The notes: generated by a model from the sequence alone, not told the origin. A stretch of DNA of 38,387 bases from Candidatus Caldarchaeum sp. (GCA_038885755.1 JAVZZH010000005.1:1-38387), one strand, 5' to 3'; shown: positions 8,723 through 19,262, counted from the first letter of the stretch. Made by a program: numbers and translations.

Positions 8723-9386
8723 AAGAGGACAGCGAAAACACCGTCAGGAAGCTTACCAAGGGAACTGTTATGTTGTCGTCGATCACGCCGAACTCGAACT
8801 TTTCAACGACCGAAGCCAGACCGCCAGCCACCGCCCCCGCTACGCCGTAGAGGAGGTAGCCGACGGGTATGCAGAAAACAGCCATGGCAAAGTTCCCCCA
8901 CCAAGACTTCGTCCTGCGTCCGTACAAAGCATTCCTAACCAAGCCGGTTACTCCGTCGCCTACGCTCATGAACAGGATGGGCAGAACACCCAGCGCGATG
9001 TTGTTGAGGTAGTAGCCCAAGCCCATCATAAGCCCCCACATGATTATGAAGTTGACCTCGTACATGTTCTCCTCGACTTGGTACCAGTAGAGGAGCTTCT
9101 TCCGCCTGTGTGGGATGTAGTTGCCCACGGCCAGAACCGCGACAAGCGCTGCGATATAGAAGTAGTTCTTCAGAAGAAACGGGGCCAAGACAGCAACCAC
9201 CCCGCCCGCCAGTATATGGATCACCTTCCGGTTGTAGTAGACGGCTACGTGATGCTCAACCCCGCGGCTCCTCATCCATCCGTACAGCTTCCTCGTAAAA
9301 ACGTGGGAGACGGCCAGAACCCAAAGGAACAACGCCACGGTATAAGCAGCTTCGACGGTGTCGAACACGCTGGATAGCGCTGTCAA
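8688..9386 (-). CDS. Dolichol/phytol kinase-like membrane protein (CTP-dependent polyprenol kinase family)
   Basis: RKVIHI, GDGVTGLV..YG..TKSWWG, DDNITVP motifs; multiple TM helices. Confidence 0.8.
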   Translation of the reverse strand: MTALSSVFDTVEAAYTVALFLWVLAVSHVFTRKLYGWMRSRGVEHHVAVYYNRKVIHILAGGVVAVLAPFLLKNYFYIAALVAVLAVGNYIPHRRKKLLYWYQVEENMYEVNFIIMWGLMMGLGYYLNNIALGVLPILFMSVGDGVTGLVRNALYGRRTKSWWGNFAMAVFCIPVGYLLYGVAGAVAGGLASVVEKFEFGVIDDNITVPLVSFLTVFSLSSFITSPDTLLFF

Positions 9387-9504
9387 TTATATTTAAGGAT
9401 TGTTCCCGGAGGGTAAACATGATAGTAAAAATAATTACATCAGCAACAACACGAAACACATAATTTAAGTTGAACCGGCGAACAGTATATTATCGGACGG
9501 GTTC

Positions 9505-9861
9505 TTGCCTGCAAAGCTCTCCAAGCTTGAGGAAAAAGCCCTCACGCTGCTGATGCAGCATGAGAAGGGGATGCTGCAGTCGGAGCTGTGGCACAAGCTG
9601 GGCGTGACGAGCCGGGAAGGATCACGCATAGGCATCAAGCTCGAGAGGAAAGGCTACATCAAGAGAGTCAAGGCTTTCTCCAACGACAGGTGGACACGCA
9701 GGCTTGTGCCGTTGATAAAGCAGGTCGACATAAGGCCGCTGCTCGGAGTGCCCTGCCCTTCATGCAGCTACGAGCCTCTCTGCGGCCCCCGAAGCGAGCA
9801 CCACTACCGTCAGTGCGTCCTGTTAGAGGAATGGCTCAACGACAAGAGTGAGGCCAAGTGA
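9505..9861 (+). CDS. tfeB: TFE beta subunit / Rpc34-like winged helix plus Fe-S protein
   Basis: GMLQSELW.KLG..SR...KLERKGYIKR winged helix; C-terminal PCPSC-x5-C-x10-C..LEEWL. Confidence 0.82.
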   Translation: MPAKLSKLEEKALTLLMQHEKGMLQSELWHKLGVTSREGSRIGIKLERKGYIKRVKAFSNDRWTRRLVPLIKQVDIRPLLGVPCPSCSYEPLCGPRSEHHYRQCVLLEEWLNDKSEAK

Positions 9862-10529
9862 CGAGGGAGCAGTGGCTTCAGCGGCGAAGCGAGGACGCCT
9901 ACTGGCGTATGGCCAAGGAGATGGGCCTGCCTTCGAGGGCTGCTTTCAAGCTGGAGGAGATACAGCGGAGATGGCGTGTAATCCCTCAAGGGGGAAGAGT
10001 TCTGGACCTAGGGGCCTCCCCGGGTGGAATGACAGCCGTTGCTTCTGAAGTCGTGGGAGAGGGAGGGCTTGTCGTGGCGGTGGACGTCGAGCCTCTAAAG
10101 CTCGAGAAGCCTAACGTGGTCTTCATACAGGCCGATGTCTTCGAGCACAGGCTTGTAAGAGAGCTTGGGAACCTAGTGAGGCACGGGTTCTTCGACACAG
10201 TCATCTCAGACCTCTCGCCCCACCACTCAGGAGACTACGACCTACTCGTACAGCAGCACACAGACCTTCTGACGAGGAGCAGCGAGCTAGCCTACATGTT
10301 TCTAAAGAGAGGGGGGAACATGGTGCTGAAAGCCTTCGAACATCCAGCGCTGCGGGGCTTCGAGCGGGATACGTCAGCGAGGTTCCGTAAGTTCGAGAGA
10401 TACGTGCCCAAGTCCATCAAGCGAGGCAGCTCTGAAGTGTTCCTGATCTTCCTAGGCTTCAAGCGAAGGCCTGAAGAACACGGTCAACAGGAGCATCTGT
10501 CTTTACACCTGTCGGGTCCACGTGAGTAA
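9858..10529 (+). CDS. rlmE: 23S rRNA 2'-O-methyltransferase RlmE/FtsJ
   Basis: D.YW.MAK..G..SRAAFKL, VLDLGASPGG, VISDLSP, K.F, SSEVF (K-D-K-E tetrad). Confidence 0.93.
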   Translation: MTREQWLQRRSEDAYWRMAKEMGLPSRAAFKLEEIQRRWRVIPQGGRVLDLGASPGGMTAVASEVVGEGGLVVAVDVEPLKLEKPNVVFIQADVFEHRLVRELGNLVRHGFFDTVISDLSPHHSGDYDLLVQQHTDLLTRSSELAYMFLKRGGNMVLKAFEHPALRGFERDTSARFRKFERYVPKSIKRGSSEVFLIFLGFKRRPEEHGQQEHLSLHLSGPRE

Positions 10530-11622
10530 GGGATGCTCTGTACCCCATCTGCCTCAAGCTCTCAACAAGCCTAGCCGGCGAGGGAGGAGGCTTGAGGGAA
10601 GCACGGGCCAGCAGGTCGACTGGAAAGAAGCCGACGACATCCACTTCTTCAGCGACCTTCTTCAGAATTTTCAGGGCGGTGTGCAGCTCCCCCGTCTGAC
10701 CAGTCATTTTCTCGACGAGTCCGTGGTCATGGAGGGGGCCGAGCCAAGCAGGCCCTATCATGACTGCTCTCCCTCCGCATGAAACGCATCTAAGCCCCGG
10801 TGGAGAGTCTAGTGGGTGCGCGGCATGGTGCAGGTTGTTGCAAGCCTGTATCCAGCCGAGGCCTTCCAGCAGCTTGATTACCCTTGACCTCCCCCTTGAG
10901 ACTCTGAAGAATACTCGGACGAAGTGCCGGTGGTAGACTGAAAGTATTGGATGGGCTGCGACGTTTAGCGACGCCGCCCGCTGGACGACGAAGCTGGAAA
11001 GAAGCCTTAAAGCGGCTTCCTTCCCGAAATAAGTTCTCGCCGACAGCAGACCGTATTTTCTGAAGCATGCTTCTGGATGGTTTCCGACCAAGGCCGCTAG
11101 GTCGGTGGCCGACACGCCCAAGAACCCGCCGTTCTCAACAGCCCTCAGGCTGTTCTCCACAAACTTGACAGGAGCGCCGACCGGGTCGACGTCCACGTAG
11201 TAAACCCTGTCGTTCCGGCTGCTGCGGCCGGTGAGGAAAACCGCTGCATCTGTCTCGAAGACCTCAGCCCTGTCGCTTACTTTGTTGAGCGCCGTGTTTA
11301 TCTTCATGACCCTGACCGCCGTCGGGTTGACGTCGTTCATCAGCGCCTTGACGATGTTGTTGGTCTCGACGAGCAGTCTTATCGACCTCACGCCCGACCC
11401 GGCTAGTGGTTCGGCGACAACCCCCTTCCTTTCGAAAGTCCTTGCTAGGACGACTGTCAGGTCTCTCGAGAGGGCTGAGAAAGGGTTGTAGAAGACGGGC
11501 CACTTTGTTGGAGCGGCTGGTTCACCGGAACGGGTTGTTGGGAAGGCTGGTGCGAGGAACTTGACCCTTCCCTCCACGTACCACTTGGCTGGAAACCCCA
11601 GCTGGCTCAGCTCTTCAGCCAC
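10459..11622 (-). CDS. trm1: tRNA (guanine26-N2)-dimethyltransferase
   Basis: PVFYNP..LSRD, AGSGVRSIR, DVDPVG, SATD, GPAWLGPLHD, THVDPTGVKTDAP. Confidence 0.95.
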   Translation of the reverse strand: MAEELSQLGFPAKWYVEGRVKFLAPAFPTTRSGEPAAPTKWPVFYNPFSALSRDLTVVLARTFERKGVVAEPLAGSGVRSIRLLVETNNIVKALMNDVNPTAVRVMKINTALNKVSDRAEVFETDAAVFLTGRSSRNDRVYYVDVDPVGAPVKFVENSLRAVENGGFLGVSATDLAALVGNHPEACFRKYGLLSARTYFGKEAALRLLSSFVVQRAASLNVAAHPILSVYHRHFVRVFFRVSRGRSRVIKLLEGLGWIQACNNLHHAAHPLDSPPGLRCVSCGGRAVMIGPAWLGPLHDHGLVEKMTGQTGELHTALKILKKVAEEVDVVGFFPVDLLARASLKPPPSPARLVESLRQMGYRASLTHVDPTGVKTDAPVDRVLQAFA

Positions 11623-12155
11623 CCCAGCATCACCCCGTAAACAGTGTAAGGAACAGAATCCCTATTCCTCATGTCCAAGACATACAGGTTTCGACCGGCG
11701 TGGTTCCTTACTTCCTGTACTACGGAGTGGCGTGCGGAGATGTGTAGGGTGAACAACGCAGGCCTACCGCTTCTCAGGACTTCCCTCACGACGTCGACGA
11801 ACTCTCTGGACAGGAGCTCCATCGGTCCCACCTCGTCGACGAAAACAGCGTCAGCCTCGGCGAGAGCCTTCTTTACGCCGGCGACGGCCACGGACCTTAT
11901 GCTGTCCACGTCAACGACATACCGTCCCACACGAGGGCCCTCGACCCTACCCACGGAGGCAAGCTCGGCCCTAGCTCCGGACGTCAGGTCGACGATCTCG
12001 AACCCCGTCCTAACACCGCCCTGCCTAACCTCACGCGTGTAGAAACCACCCGGCTTGTATCCATCCTTCACCAACAGCTCAACAACCCTTACCAAGGCCG
12101 TGGTCTTGCCGACGCCCGGCCTACCGGTCAAGGCGGCGACCCTAGAAATCGTCAA
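11607..12155 (-). CDS. NTPase (THEP1/NTPase_1 family)
   Basis: LTGRPGVGKTT, GGFYTREVR..G.RTGF, PRVGRY.VD, VDEVGPMEL. Confidence 0.92.
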   Translation of the reverse strand: MTISRVAALTGRPGVGKTTALVRVVELLVKDGYKPGGFYTREVRQGGVRTGFEIVDLTSGARAELASVGRVEGPRVGRYVVDVDSIRSVAVAGVKKALAEADAVFVDEVGPMELLSREFVDVVREVLRSGRPALFTLHISARHSVVQEVRNHAGRNLYVLDMRNRDSVPYTVYGVMLGWLKS

Positions 12156-12792
12156 GACGGGTCTGTCTCAGCCTATCGATGGTTTTCCAGCCGAGCCTGA
12201 CGAAGCCGTCGACGGCGCTGGTCTCGAGGTTTTGGGCAAGCCATCGCCTAGTCTTCGGGTCGGAGGGATAGCCTGAGCCGAAGTCGCCCAACACCGGCTT
12301 AAGCCTCTCGACCTCCCGGTCCCTAACCACCTTAGCCACGACCGAGGCCGCTGCGACGAAGATGTTTGTTTTGTCTCCTCTAACCATGCAGCGGACGTCG
12401 GCTCGGCGCTTAAGATGCTTGAGAATCATCAGCCTCGCTCTCCTCACGTTCCTGTCGGGCGAGTCGACGTAAACCCTTGAGGGGTTAAGCCGGTCTATCA
12501 GCCTAGCCACGTGGAGGTATTCGAGCTCGTTCAACCCCATTCCCCCGCTCGCCCTCAGGCTTAAGCTTATGCGTCTGGGCTCTATGAGAACGGTCTCGAA
12601 CCTGAAACGTTCCTCCAACAGCTGGTACAGCTCAGCCCTTCTCCTCCGGCTGAGGCTTTTCGAGTCAGCGACGCCCATCTTACGCAGCAGCCCAGCATCC
12701 CTTCGACGGCAGAGAAACGCTGAAATCACGAGGGGCCCTACGACGCATCCACGACCAGCCTCGTCAACGCCGCAAACAAGCCCGTCAGCCAC
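12142..12792 (-). CDS. rnhB: Ribonuclease HII with C-terminal PIP box
   Basis: GVDEAGRG, DSK, AAASVVAKV.RD, GSGYPSDP.T, terminal QTRLDDF; start GTG 12792. Confidence 0.95.
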   Translation of the reverse strand: MADGLVCGVDEAGRGCVVGPLVISAFLCRRRDAGLLRKMGVADSKSLSRRRRAELYQLLEERFRFETVLIEPRRISLSLRASGGMGLNELEYLHVARLIDRLNPSRVYVDSPDRNVRRARLMILKHLKRRADVRCMVRGDKTNIFVAAASVVAKVVRDREVERLKPVLGDFGSGYPSDPKTRRWLAQNLETSAVDGFVRLGWKTIDRLRQTRLDDF

Positions 12793-13480
12793 GGTAGACC
12801 GCCACCACCATAACATGGTCTCTCTCAAAAGGATCGAGCCACACCGTCTGACGGACCTCAAACCCCTCTTCAGACAGTACGCGCACCTCCTGCTTGACGA
12901 CTTTTTCAGGCTCCTCCACGCTGTCTATGCTGCGGGCTTTGACTGCGAGCAAAACACCGCCGCCTCTCTTCAGGTATAGCCGTGAGTTTGAAACAATCAG
13001 CTGGGCTTGAGCCGGCTGAGCCACGTCGCCGTAAACCACGTCAACGGTTCCCACGAAAAGCCGGTATGTCTCAGGCTTGGTTGCGTCTGCGAGTATCGGC
13101 GCGACGTTCCGCCTCCTCTCGACCACGTTCCTGATGAACTGCTGCATGACTTTGGGAGAGAAGTCGACGGCGTAGACGAACCCGTTGAGGCCAGCGATGT
13201 CCGAGACATGCGACACCGTTGTACCGGTGGCTGAGCCGAGATAGAGTATCTTGACACCCGGCTTGATGAAAATTTCCTCCACGTTCTTCATGATCGCGGC
13301 CGCCAGCTTGCTGCGGAAAGGGTTCCACACACGGTACTCGACTCCCTCCGCACGGACGAGCTCCTCGCCGTAGACCGAGAAGCCCGGCACAAGGTTCTGA
13401 GTAGCCAGCCTAACCCCCTCATGGTCCTCAACCCAAAAAACACCCTGAAACCTTGAATGAGGCTTGACGACGTGCTTCAT
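12785..13480 (-). CDS. flpA: Fibrillarin (C/D RNP 2'-O-methyltransferase)
   Basis: VYGE, EYRVWNPFRSKLAAAI, LYLGSATGTTVSHVSD, DVAQP.QA, KARSID. Confidence 0.97.
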   Translation of the reverse strand: MKHVVKPHSRFQGVFWVEDHEGVRLATQNLVPGFSVYGEELVRAEGVEYRVWNPFRSKLAAAIMKNVEEIFIKPGVKILYLGSATGTTVSHVSDIAGLNGFVYAVDFSPKVMQQFIRNVVERRRNVAPILADATKPETYRLFVGTVDVVYGDVAQPAQAQLIVSNSRLYLKRGGGVLLAVKARSIDSVEEPEKVVKQEVRVLSEEGFEVRQTVWLDPFERDHVMVVAVYRG

Positions 13481-14676
13481 CTCCGCCTCCTCCGCCGCTC
13501 AACAACCCTAGGAGGCTCCTTCTTCGGAGGCGCAGCATACTTACGCCTGATCTCCTCAACCCTCTTCTCCAAAGCCTCACGCAGCTGGCTACTGCGGTCC
13601 TCCTTGCTGAAATAGTCGATGCGCGCCGCTATGCTGATCTTGGTGGACAGAACTCTCGCAATCTTCCCTCTCTGCCACTTGGGAGCCATGTGGATCAAAG
13701 GATGCTGGAAGATGACGCCGTGCTTGGGTGCTCCACGCCCCGTCTTCAAAAACCTGAACAAAGCCTTCTCAGCGCCCAGAACCTGGATCGTGCTGGCGGG
13801 TAGGCGGGCGAGGTTCTCCAGCCCTCCTGCCAGCGATATCAGCCTGCTTCCCAGAACAGGTCCGGCGACGGCGGAGAGGTTGGGAGCCTCCGAAGCCATC
13901 AGGTCCTTGATGTATTCAGCGGTTTTCTCAGCTAGACGGCTGACATCACGTCCTAGGGAGGCCAGTGCAGAAAGTGCCGCAGCGTCGCGGGGGGACAACG
14001 CTCCGCCGACAGACCTGGCCGCAGCTTCCTCCACCCTGCTGGCCAGCTCCGGCTTGAACAAGCTCGAAGCCTTCTCGGCGACCTCCTGCCTCAGCAGGGG
14101 CACGGCGGCGACCTTGAGGAAAGCGTCAATGTCTTCAACCAGGGAGCCTAGCTCGGGGAAGTGGACGCCGTACCACTCCTTCACCCTAACGTACAGCTGG
14201 TTCTTCATCTTCTCTAGGTCGTCGAGAGCTCTTACGGCGTGGACGATGTGAAGGTCTCGTCTCTCGGCCTCCGTCATGATCTTCATCCTAGCAAGCTCCG
14301 TCGACACATCCCTCACCAAGTCTCTGTATTTCTCAGCTTCGGCCTCCGACATGGCCTGCTCGACGTCCAGCGTCAAGCGGTCGACGGCTTTTAGACGGAG
14401 CCCACGCATCTCGGCGCCAGCCCTCAGCATTTCCCCAACCCTTTCATCCCAGTAGAGAAGCTCGTCGAAACCCATCCCCTTCACCTCCTCCAAAAATCTG
14501 TCAACATAGTCCTGCGGGGCCCTGCCCGAAGCGATGACCCGTGCTATGACTTCCGGCTTGTCGGCGAACGGCTTCAAGCCCATGTAGCCGAGGTTCTCGT
14601 CGAAGACAGCCAGCCCGGCTGCCGTCATCAGAACGTAAGCCTGCCGCATCACTGGCATCTGTGTTTGCGCCGCCAT
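13477..14676 (-). CDS. nop5: C/D RNP protein Nop5 (true start possibly ATG 14649)
   Basis: [52 protein letters not shown] element abuts ATG 14676, which favours 14649. Confidence 0.97.
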   Translation of the reverse strand: MAAQTQMPVMRQAYVLMTAAGLAVFDENLGYMGLKPFADKPEVIARVIASGRAPQDYVDRFLEEVKGMGFDELLYWDERVGEMLRAGAEMRGLRLKAVDRLTLDVEQAMSEAEAEKYRDLVRDVSTELARMKIMTEAERRDLHIVHAVRALDDLEKMKNQLYVRVKEWYGVHFPELGSLVEDIDAFLKVAAVPLLRQEVAEKASSLFKPELASRVEEAAARSVGGALSPRDAAALSALASLGRDVSRLAEKTAEYIKDLMASEAPNLSAVAGPVLGSRLISLAGGLENLARLPASTIQVLGAEKALFRFLKTGRGAPKHGVIFQHPLIHMAPKWQRGKIARVLSTKISIAARIDYFSKEDRSSQLREALEKRVEEIRRKYAAPPKKEPPRVVERRRRRR

Positions 14677-14723
14677 TTAAACGAGATAGCTCTAAATACA
14701 GGCACCTGTCACATCCCGACAGC

Positions 14724-14879
14724 ATGCCCTCCCACGGAAGCATAACGAAAGCAGGTAAGGTCAGGAGCCAGACGCCGAAGCTCGAAGCCAAGCCACGAAA
14801 ATCACCCTTCCCACGCCAGAGAAACAGATACAACTTCGTCAAACGTGTCCTCTCCACAACAACCACCTCAGCCGAGTAA
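14724..14879 (+). CDS. rps30e: 30S ribosomal protein S30e
   Basis: [19 protein letters not shown]...RNRYN; TATA-like TCTAAATA about 25 nt upstream. Confidence 0.95.
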   Translation: MPSHGSITKAGKVRSQTPKLEAKPRKSPFPRQRNRYNFVKRVLSTTTTSAE

Positions 14880-15779
14880 GCATAGTGGCTCAAAACAAGA
14901 CGGCTTTATGGCCAGCGTGAAAACATTCTCGCGGCAGCATCCTTAGCGCTGAGAACTCCAAGAAAACATGGGAGGACGCTAGCAATCACAGCCACACCCG
15001 CAGCCTTCATCTGCCGCACCATAGTGCCGCATTCTCAACACAATTTATAAACATAGCCTTAGCCTAGGCGGCATCTGTTCGCTTAAGACATTTCTATCAC
15101 CCATCTTATACTCCCCATCAAATATAGCATAGCGGCTGACAGAACAGGAGGAAGAGGTGAAGAATCTTAGGGAGGCCGCTATTACAGAATTGACCTATAC
15201 TAGACTCAGCCTTTCCCATATCTTGCGAAGAGGGTTAGCCACTCATCATATTGAACAGGTTGTCGGAGCTCAAGATGCGATACGGTATGTTGACCCGGGA
15301 CCGATTGCGACGGTATGAGCGCTGCCGCATGTGTCTCGAAGGTGACGGCTAAAGCGGACTTCAGCGAGCTGAAGTCCGTGAACATGTAGCTCCGCGTCCT
15401 CCTCATCTCATCCCAGAGTTTCTCATACCCATCACTAGAAGCACGTGGGAAATCTTATAACGGGGAGGTTGGTTTGATATAAACGTCTTAAACTTTGAAC
15501 CTAGCATTATACTGACCCATGACGGGAAATCTCCATCGCCGTATACCTAAGCCTTACTTGATCCGCCTTTTCCACCTCATCTAGTCCATCCTCACTTATG
15601 TTGCAGATAACTACAGGGCTACTTATTAACCTCAGACGAGGTTTTGCCATGACCTATCATGATGACTAAAGCGTTTGAGCATCCATCAGCGCAGGAAAAT
15701 CCCTCCTCCATTCATAACGGATCCAAAACCGTGCAAGAGACGATGGTGTTCTGTTGCGGGTTATACTAGAAATAATTGT

Positions 15780-16622
15780 TTATTTTTGGAAGTAATACCC
15801 CCAAATCCACGCCGCACCTTTTAAAGAGTATAGAAATGGGTGGAGTAAACAGAGATGTAATGGTATTTCTTTGCTAAGAGGTACTAGATGTCGTAGAGCT
15901 GCAACGAATGCTATTGGAGGCACGTGTCTAAATACGTTAACAATTTGTCTACTATATTTTTTGTTCAGCCATCTAGCTCCTCTTCCATACCATGTGGATC
16001 TATACCACAGCCTGTGTAGAGATTCATCTTTAAAAGCATAATAAAAGCAGTTTGGGTTCACCCTTAATTTCCATCCAGCTTTTAAAAGGCGGAGGCAAAC
16101 GTCTCCATCTTCACATGCACCTTTGCAGTCAACATCGTAGCCTCCAACTTCTCGAAGCGCATCCGTTCTGTATATCACACCGGCACTACCGACTGGAACA
16201 TCTGTTGTTGAACTAATGCGTCTTGTATATACTCTCCAAACAGCAGCTTCTATCTTTCCAAAAATCTTTGCTTGTGGATGTGCCGCAACATATGACTGTC
16301 CAGCGGCTGTATCCGGATGTTTTTCCATAAATTCAACCTGACAGGCCAAATAATCTGCTGGGAGAACATGGTCATCATCCACCCATGCGATATACTTTCC
16401 ATACGCATTCTCTACAACGATTTGTCTTGCCATGCCCAAACCACGTTTTTCGAAAAAAGTTCTACAGCCTGGGACGTACTTATCACGTTGTTCTTCTCCA
16501 TGCAAAACAACAATTACTTCAAAAGGCCTATAAGTTTGATTAAAAATACTCTGAAGTGTCTCTTTTGGAACACGAGTTTTTGAACAAACACCAATCGTTA
16601 CAAGTGGCTTATCCACTTCCAA
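15780..16622 (-). CDS. Glycosyltransferase family 2
   Basis: SIFNQTYRPFEVIVV, GLGMARQ, YIAWVDDD, VGGYD, EDGDVCLRL..AGW; AT-rich. Confidence 0.9.
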   Translation of the reverse strand: MEVDKPLVTIGVCSKTRVPKETLQSIFNQTYRPFEVIVVLHGEEQRDKYVPGCRTFFEKRGLGMARQIVVENAYGKYIAWVDDDHVLPADYLACQVEFMEKHPDTAAGQSYVAAHPQAKIFGKIEAAVWRVYTRRISSTTDVPVGSAGVIYRTDALREVGGYDVDCKGACEDGDVCLRLLKAGWKLRVNPNCFYYAFKDESLHRLWYRSTWYGRGARWLNKKYSRQIVNVFRHVPPIAFVAALRHLVPLSKEIPLHLCLLHPFLYSLKGAAWIWGYYFQK

Positions 16623-16689
16623 ACTTGTTCCACTCTAAGAACATACCTCCATAAGAATCTTTCCGTTACCTAACTCAAAATGCGATGGT

Positions 16690-17745
16690 CTATGCACTTT
16701 CATACCTTTTAGCCCTTAAGATATTTCTAAGTATCATCGCTGGCTTTAAGGCTTCATAGACTCGAAAATCCAGCATCTTCTCCATTATCTCTTCATCAGA
16801 AACTCTTCTCACAAATTTTTGAACAATATTCCTAGCAGTTGCAATTTTTTTAAGGTTTATTATGGGCCAAATCATGGCTTTTACATACGCACTCGCACAC
16901 TGTATTTTCTTTTCTGAAAGAAGTTTCATTGTAAACATAACATACTTAATGTACAGGTAAGTGACGTATTTGATAGCGTTGCTCAGTGAGTAATTTTTTA
17001 ACAGAGTAACTATGTGGTTTTTTCTGGTGTGATAAACATGAAATGGGTTTTGCAGCTGTCCGATAGTTGCCCCACCATAGTGATATATTATGGCGGTTGG
17101 GATAAATGCAACTTTTAAACCGGAAAGGCGCGCTCTCCAACATAAATCCGTTTCTTCATAATTAATAAAATAATCTTCATCGAACAATCCGATCCTTTTA
17201 AGCAATTCTCTTCGGATAATGAGCGATGAACCTTGGGCATAAAAGATTTCGTAGGGTCTGCTAAATCTTTCATCGTCTAATTCTCCACTACCTATTATCA
17301 AAGATCTGCCTATGTAATCTATAACACCCCCAGCTGAGTCTATGTATTTTCTACCTTTTAACGATCTTTGCTTACATTGCGCGATTCCAACATCCCTATG
17401 TTCTTGCATGAACTTTATTATTTCCTGCAGCCAATCAGGTTCAACTTCAGTATCATTATTCAAAAATATGATGAACTCGCTCTTCGGGTCTGTTAAAGCG
17501 ACCCCAATATTGTTTGCTTTTGCAAAGCCATAGTTTCTGTCTAGAGGGATGAACTTAAAGTTGCTTAAACCAAGTCTCTCGATAGCGTCTCTTAAGTATT
17601 CACGGCTTCCGTCAGATGAGGCGTTATCTAAAAACAAAACCTCAAAATCCGGATAGTTTGTCAAAAGCAAACTCTTCAAACAATTAGCTACGAACTTCAT
17701 ACCGTTATAATTCAAAATAACTACAGAAATCTTAGGATGTTGCAT
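16690..17745 (-). CDS. Glycosyltransferase family 2 (WbbL/rhamnosyltransferase-like)
   Basis: ISVVILNYNG, DNASSDGS, NYGFAKANNIG, FLNNDT, GLFDEDYF.NYEETDLCWRA; SD GGAGGTG 7 nt upstream; strongly AT-rich. Confidence 0.93.
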   Translation of the reverse strand: MQHPKISVVILNYNGMKFVANCLKSLLLTNYPDFEVLFLDNASSDGSREYLRDAIERLGLSNFKFIPLDRNYGFAKANNIGVALTDPKSEFIIFLNNDTEVEPDWLQEIIKFMQEHRDVGIAQCKQRSLKGRKYIDSAGGVIDYIGRSLIIGSGELDDERFSRPYEIFYAQGSSLIIRRELLKRIGLFDEDYFINYEETDLCWRARLSGLKVAFIPTAIIYHYGGATIGQLQNPFHVYHTRKNHIVTLLKNYSLSNAIKYVTYLYIKYVMFTMKLLSEKKIQCASAYVKAMIWPIINLKKIATARNIVQKFVRRVSDEEIMEKMLDFRVYEALKPAMILRNILRAKRYESA

Positions 17746-17801
17746 CTTTTAACACCTCCAATTGGTAATTATCAAAACTCGTACTCTATCGCGAGATACT
17801 T

Positions 17802-18049
17802 TCAACATTTATTTAAGTTTTTCATGATGTATCTAAGAAGACTATGAATAATCACATCCACGAAATATTCAGTAACATTGATAGGATTGGGAGGTTCTAC
17901 AATTACGTTAACAAACAACCCATCACCCAAAAACATGAAGAGGAGATATAACACATAGGTGATACTATAATTATCGCAAAAAGGGCTAAAGGCAATAATA
18001 GGTATTGAGCCAACACAACAACATGTAAGAATACCTCAGCATTTATCAT
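17802..18049 (-). pseudogene. Possible remnant of a membrane-protein gene
   Basis: Short hydrophobic peptides in two frames (MINAEVFLHVVVLAQYLLLPLALFAIII; YVLYLLFMFLGDGLFV), each cut by stops. Confidence 0.3.
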
Positions 18050-18260
18050 GAAAAGACAGAAGGATAACTATTATACCAGCCGCGGCCGGAGACAGCTCAA
18101 TCTTTGAGTTTTTGCAACTCGATTCACCAACAGATAAAAGCATGTTCACCGAGACCCTGACATGTAAAAAAATGGATACAAGGATAAAGGGTGGTTAACC
18201 GAGCGACTGTTAAGACAGTCAAAATCGATGACCTACACATCCCTAATGGTGGTTTACTCA

Positions 18261-18984
18261 TCAAAATAGATGTTGAGGGAGGGGGCTAAGGGTCTTGAAA
18301 GATGCCGAGAAGGCGATTAGTGAGAGAAGCACGGTGTTGTCGTAAAGAAATGATGCGTATAGTGAAATGGGTACTGGAATGGAGTCTACCGTAGATGGAC
18401 TTACCGAAGCATATTTTGCATACAATAATGTCAAGGGCGTTTTAGGTCTCCCTATTTCGAGAGATAGTGGCTTACCTACAACGCTATAGCCTTGTATCCA
18501 GTAGTAGTAGGGTTTAAAGTAAACTGTGAAACCGGCCTCTGAGAACCTGTGTTCCAGCTTGTGCAAAACCTTCGGGGTATGGCATTCGATAACCCATTCC
18601 GGCACTCTTATCAGCTACGTCGAGGAGGTAGACTTCACAGCCTTCACAGTCGACCTTTGCGATGTCAAACTTTTCGCTCAAAACAGCTCACGGATCCGTC
18701 GGAGTCGTAGGCCCCTACAAGCCAGTGACGTGAGCAGCCCCCCACTTGTGGAACAGAAAGGCGGTTTCACCAAGATACCCGCCCACATCCAACACCCTTT
18801 TACCTTTAAAATCAAAATCATGATAAAGTTCTTCAAACGGTTCTGTCAGCATTCCTATGTGGTGCATGGATGGGCTCAGTATGACCCCGCCTTCATAAGA
18901 TGCAAAAGCTTTTCCACCAACTCCACATATAATAACCCCTCTCAAAAACAACCTAGACCACGAAAGAAAATTATTGAAATTCAC
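18261..18984 (-). pseudogene. FkbM-family methyltransferase pseudogene
   Basis: KGKRVLDVGGYLGETA segment, in-frame TAG and TGA, then FDIAKVDCEGCE (~18630-18672), then a frameshift to PEWVIECH. Confidence 0.8.
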
Positions 18985-19013
18985 CTTTAGTTCGCCCCCG
19001 TTGTTGCGAAGCT

Positions 19014-19262
19014 TTAAAACAACCTTTTTTTACGCCAGATAAATAACTTCAAGACATCGCCGAAATTGGAAACAAGCAACAAACCAGTCAAGACATGGAG
19101 TAAGTATTTGAAAACGAAAAATGCGATGACATAGGTGATACGTCTAGGTCTAATCATTATAACGTATCGCAGTAAATCACTAAACCATTCTACTCTTTTT
19201 TTCACGTGCTTGGCGAAGAATTCAACGGGGGTGAGAATCGATAAACGCAGGGCCTCCGTCAA
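19014..19262 (-). pseudogene. Probable C-terminal fragment of a glycosyltransferase-like gene
   Basis: 82 aa basic/hydrophobic AT-rich ORF abutting the GC-richer ugd end; no catalytic motif. Confidence 0.3.

Noticed and set aside
15206-15249. Minus-strand ATGATGA...CTGA, a possible C/D box sRNA near nop5/fibrillarin
   Set aside because: Only 44 nt, with no recognisable D'/C' boxes or terminal stem; snoscan or RNA-seq would be needed
18689-18717. In-frame TAG and TGA in the FkbM gene as Pyl/Sec recoding
   Set aside because: Accompanied by a frameshift and an apparent deletion; pseudogenisation is the simpler explanation
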